Virus record (IMG/VR): IMGVR_UViG_2061766007_001878
Source: an uncultured virus (IMG/VR IMGVR_UViG_2061766007_001878)
Taxonomy: Duplodnaviria > Heunggongvirae > Uroviricota > Caudoviricetes
Reading direction: 5' to 3' (one strand)
DNA length: 20,000 bases
The position numbers were made by a program, and so were the translations under genes. The notes beneath the pieces were generated by a model, which ran no database searches, had not been told where the DNA came from, and worked only from the letters and a program-made list of their open reading frames with translations. This document shows positions 17,097-20,000 of the stretch, piece after piece. The first letter of the stretch is position 1. Each line of letters opens with the position of its first letter.

Positions 17097-17209
17097 ATGG
17101 CGACCGTGGTGGACTGGGAGTTCGGGGACTGCATCATAAAGGGCGGGTATTCCGACCGTTGCCCGTATCGGGTGGAGCACTGGATGAGCATGCTGTACAA
17201 GGGGGGCGG
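17097..17209 (+). CDS. Family B Cys/His paralog, C-terminal fragment
   Basis: ...DRCPYRVEHWMSMLYKGG, bounded by two N gaps. Confidence 0.6.
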
Positions 17210-17527
17210 NNNNNNNNNNNNNNNNNNNNNNNNNNNNNNNNNNNNNNNNNNNNNNNNNNNNNNNNNNNNNNNNNNNNNNNNNNNNNNNNNNNNNNNNNNN
17301 NNNNNNNNNNNNNNNNNNNNNNTTGTTCCTTTGCTCGGCACTAAAAACATGCAATACATCATCACGAAGGAAGGCGACGAGTTCAAATGCGTGTACAGCA
17401 GGGGTTTGATTCCGCCTTTCGGGGGCAATTCNNNNNNNNNNNNNNNNNNNNNNNNNNNNNNNNNNNNNNNNNNNNNNNNNNNNNNNNNNNNNNNNNNNNN
17501 NNNNNNNNNNNNNNNNNNNNNNNNNNN

Positions 17528-17870
17528 CGTATGCAGGAATTGCAAATTCGACAAATGCCTGATGGTCATGTTCGACCATTTCAAGGATGACGGGAGCAAG
17601 CCAGCCGTCATCAACTCTTTGGACAATCCGTTTGTCAAGACGCACGGTTATGATGATGTGGCTGAAGTGTCCATGAAATTGAAGGACTTAACGGAGTACA
17701 TCTTCGAGAAGGACGGGAGGGAATTCGTCTGCAAGTACCACAAGTCTCCGAATTTCACGTATGATGAATCCATGTATGAAATCTATCTGCCAGAAGGTGA
17801 TGAGAACAAGAGCGCATGCCCCTACTATGCCGAGCATCTGCTGAGTTTTCTGAATAGGGGGGCGAAATGA
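17528..17870 (+). CDS. Family B paralog (start in gap)
   Basis: VCRNCKFDKC...CPYYAEHLLSFLNRGAK. Confidence 0.8.
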
Positions 17871-18283
17871 ACGAGGAAGTTTGTCGTAACTGCCATGTGC
17901 CGTTTTGCAAGATGCTCTTCGACCTTTACATCTGGTTTGACGAGTCTTCCGAAACGCTGGAAAACGGGGTGACAATACTTAAATGTACGAGGAGGAAGGA
18001 GATAAGACATGTGCCTTTGATGATTTTCACCGACAGAAGGAAGTGGCTCCAGTTGCCGAAGAGATATTCATACTGCGCCCATACCATCATTCGGAAATCG
18101 AATGACAAGCTGTTGTTCGAGAAGAATGCATGGGTTGGGGATGTGGACAATTCATCGCGTGAGTTGTGCAGGAGATTTGATTTCGGCAAGTACATGCTCG
18201 ACAAGGAGAACGGGGTGAAGTGCCCTTGCTACGCGGAGCATCTGGTCTATGACTTGAACAAGGAGGGTGAAAATGAATCTTGA
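17867..18283 (+). CDS. Family B paralog
   Basis: MNEEVCRNCHVPFC...CPCYAEHLVYDLNKEG. ATGA overlap with the previous gene. Confidence 0.85.
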   Translation: MNEEVCRNCHVPFCKMLFDLYIWFDESSETLENGVTILKCTRRKEIRHVPLMIFTDRRKWLQLPKRYSYCAHTIIRKSNDKLLFEKNAWVGDVDNSSRELCRRFDFGKYMLDKENGVKCPCYAEHLVYDLNKEGENES

Positions 18284-18466
18284 TGTATGCAACAAATGCC
18301 ATGTCCANNNNNNNNNNATGAGTTATGCAGGAGATTTGATTTCGGCAAGTACATGCTCGACAGCGAGAACGGAATGAAGTGCCCGTGCTACGCGGAGCAT
18401 CTGGTTTACGATTTGAACAAAGGGGACGGAAATGAATCTTGAGGTTTGCAACAAATGTCATGTCCA
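18160..18466 (+). repeat. 148-bp direct repeat (18160-18307 and 18319-18466) spanning a gene junction
   Basis: Manual alignment gives about 17 mismatches in 148 nt with no indels. The copies flank a 10-N gap. Confidence 0.85.
18273..18442 (+). CDS. Family B paralog (middle lost in 10-N gap), or an allelic duplicate
   Basis: MNLDVCNKCHV-[gap]-ELCRRFDFGKYMLDSENGMKCPCYAEHLVYDLNKG. Confidence 0.55.
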
Positions 18467-18833
18467 GTTCTGCAAGATACTCTTTGATGTGCACGTTGAT
18501 TTCGAGGAATACACGATTATGCAGGGCGGAGTCCCTGTGACACGTCAATATACAGTTGACAAGGAATGGAAGTTCATTCCTCTTAAAATCATAACGGACG
18601 AGAAGAAATGGAGTGTGTTCTGGTCAAATTGCGCCAAAGTCGTTTTCTCGAAGGACGGTAGTTCCCTTGTGTGCAGGAAGAACAAGTACGGGTACAGGCA
18701 GGTCACGACGAACGGCATCACCCGATTCGTCCCGAACGGGTTCGACTTTGCGGAGAGAAATATGACCGAAGAGAACAAGAATGAATGCCCTTACTACATG
18801 GAGCATAAGATGACGGAATGGAACAAGGAATAG
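18432..18833 (+). CDS. Family B paralog
   Basis: MNLEVCNKCHVQFC...CPYYMEHKMTEWNKE. Confidence 0.85.
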   Translation: MNLEVCNKCHVQFCKILFDVHVDFEEYTIMQGGVPVTRQYTVDKEWKFIPLKIITDEKKWSVFWSNCAKVVFSKDGSSLVCRKNKYGYRQVTTNGITRFVPNGFDFAERNMTEENKNECPYYMEHKMTEWNKE

Positions 18834-19045
18834 AAAGGGATGTCGAGATATGCAAGAGGTGCGAGGAATTCATCATTTTCAAAGGGGAGCATGGAGTGGA
18901 ATGCTCATGCAAGGTGGAAAATGCGGAGCGTGTCGCTTTCTGCCAATGTTATCTCTTTCAAGCCAAGTGGTTCAAGGTTCCGAAGTCATGCCCGTTCTAT
19001 GTGGAGCATAAGATGAGCGTATGGAACAAGGAAAACGGGAAATGA
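18818..19045 (+). CDS. Family B paralog (short middle)
   Basis: DVEICKRC...CPFYVEHKMSVWNKE. The start codon is uncertain. Confidence 0.75.
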   Translation: MEQGIERDVEICKRCEEFIIFKGEHGVECSCKVENAERVAFCQCYLFQAKWFKVPKSCPFYVEHKMSVWNKENGK

Positions 19046-19497
19046 GAATTTGCAAAGAGATATGCAAGGACTGCGACATGGAGTGCTGGTTCTTCATGAA
19101 CGCTGACAATCGTGCGTTCTACCTGCTTTGCACGCAGAAGCCATTCCTTTCGAAGTGGCCTGCCTTCCTTGAGGACAGCTTTTACACATGCTTCCGAATT
19201 TCGACGCACTACATCAGGCATATCGGAAAGGAGTACAGGACGAAAGACAGCGAACGGTACGGATACGGGCATGGCTTCACGAGAGACAAGCCTTGGCGGG
19301 ACGAATACCAGTACAGGTACGACGGTTGGAATCCTTTCAAGAGGCTCAAGGCGTTTTGCTCGAAGAGGATGGTCGATTCCTACTGGAACTTACTGGAAGA
19401 GAGCAGGCAAGACACCATAGTTATTCCGAGCAACTTTTGTTGCCCTTATGAAATGGAGCACAGAATCGCCGAATGGAGCAAGGAGGGGCGGGAGTGA
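19042..19497 (+). CDS. Family B paralog
   Basis: MRICKEICKDCDMEC...CPYEMEHRIAEWSKE. ATGA overlap. Confidence 0.85.
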   Translation: MRICKEICKDCDMECWFFMNADNRAFYLLCTQKPFLSKWPAFLEDSFYTCFRISTHYIRHIGKEYRTKDSERYGYGHGFTRDKPWRDEYQYRYDGWNPFKRLKAFCSKRMVDSYWNLLEESRQDTIVIPSNFCCPYEMEHRIAEWSKEGRE

Positions 19498-19892
19498 ACA
19501 GGACGATATGCAAAAAGTGTGAAAAGAACTGCAATTGCATGATTTTCGCCAGAACCGTTGGCGGTCGGAAATACGCCCATGTCATGCAACACAAGGCGGT
19601 GAAAGACATGAAGGACACGAAGGAGGCGTGGCAGGACGGCGTTTTATTCGGCATATTCCTTGGAATGTCGGACTTTATCGTGTCGCAGAATCAAGAGATT
19701 GTCAGACAGCATGTCGGATACGCCAGATACAACGGGTTGCCCCCGCATGGCAGGCTCGATGAGCTTAAATGGGACACCATCACGGATGAGAACTGGTGGT
19801 TGGATGATTATCCCCCAGACAGGGATAGTCAGGACATGTGCCCGTACTACGCGGAACACATGATAAGCAGTCTTTCGGGAGGCGTGGAATGA
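19494..19892 (+). CDS. Family B paralog
   Basis: GTG start after AGGAGG (GTGA overlap). NRTICKKCEKNC...CPYYAEHMISSL. Confidence 0.85.
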   Translation: MNRTICKKCEKNCNCMIFARTVGGRKYAHVMQHKAVKDMKDTKEAWQDGVLFGIFLGMSDFIVSQNQEIVRQHVGYARYNGLPPHGRLDELKWDTITDENWWLDDYPPDRDSQDMCPYYAEHMISSLSGGVE

Positions 19893-19939
19893 ACATCGAC
19901 ATTTGCAGGCAGTGCCCCGTGAACAAGTGCAAGCTGTTC
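19889..19939 (+). CDS. Family B paralog, N-terminal fragment (runs into gap near the window end)
   Basis: GGAGG RBS and ATGA overlap. MNIDICRQCPVNKCKLF. Confidence 0.7.
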
Positions 19940-20000
19940 NNNNNNNNNNTAGGGGATGGACGAAGGAACAGTTTGATAAGGACGCTTATTGCATGTCTTT

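Noticed and set aside
16728..17870. Single 380-aa ORF from the ORF track
   Set aside because: It is an artefact of reading through N gaps. It contains two separate CPY..EH C-termini, so it covers several genes.
18160..18466. DGR TR/VR pair
   Set aside because: Mismatches are not confined to adenines of one copy and many are synonymous. No reverse transcriptase is present in the window.
1..20000. Stop-codon reassignment (alternative genetic code), as in some large phages
   Set aside because: Genes are full-length under the standard code, and TAA, TGA and TAG all occur at sensible gene ends.

Overview
This window looks like part of a large (jumbo-type) bacteriophage genome, scaffolded with several N gaps. 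From left to right it holds the 3' part of a >1,900-aa coiled-coil tape-measure-like gene and a T4 gp32-like Zn-binding SSB. Next is a fractured recA. Its N-half ends in a 13-aa intein N-fragment (CVTLDTMVEVEFE-stop), followed by a free-standing GIY-YIG endonuclease whose RBS is buried in a hairpin. A separate ORF then carries the remaining ~143 aa of the intein (ending ILSHN) fused to the RecA C-half, so RecA must be made by protein trans-splicing through an atypically split intein. Downstream are four tandem small paralogs, an internally duplicated helical protein with a clamp-binding-like motif, and an orphan M.HindIII-like methyltransferase. Two convergent W-x-x-G pentapeptide-repeat genes share a leader peptide and promoter motif. 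After several minus-strand hypotheticals comes an array of at least 9 translationally coupled paralogs with conserved Cys/His ends (CxxC...CP[YFC]xxEH) and unrelated middles. All family assignments come from motif recognition by eye, not database searches.
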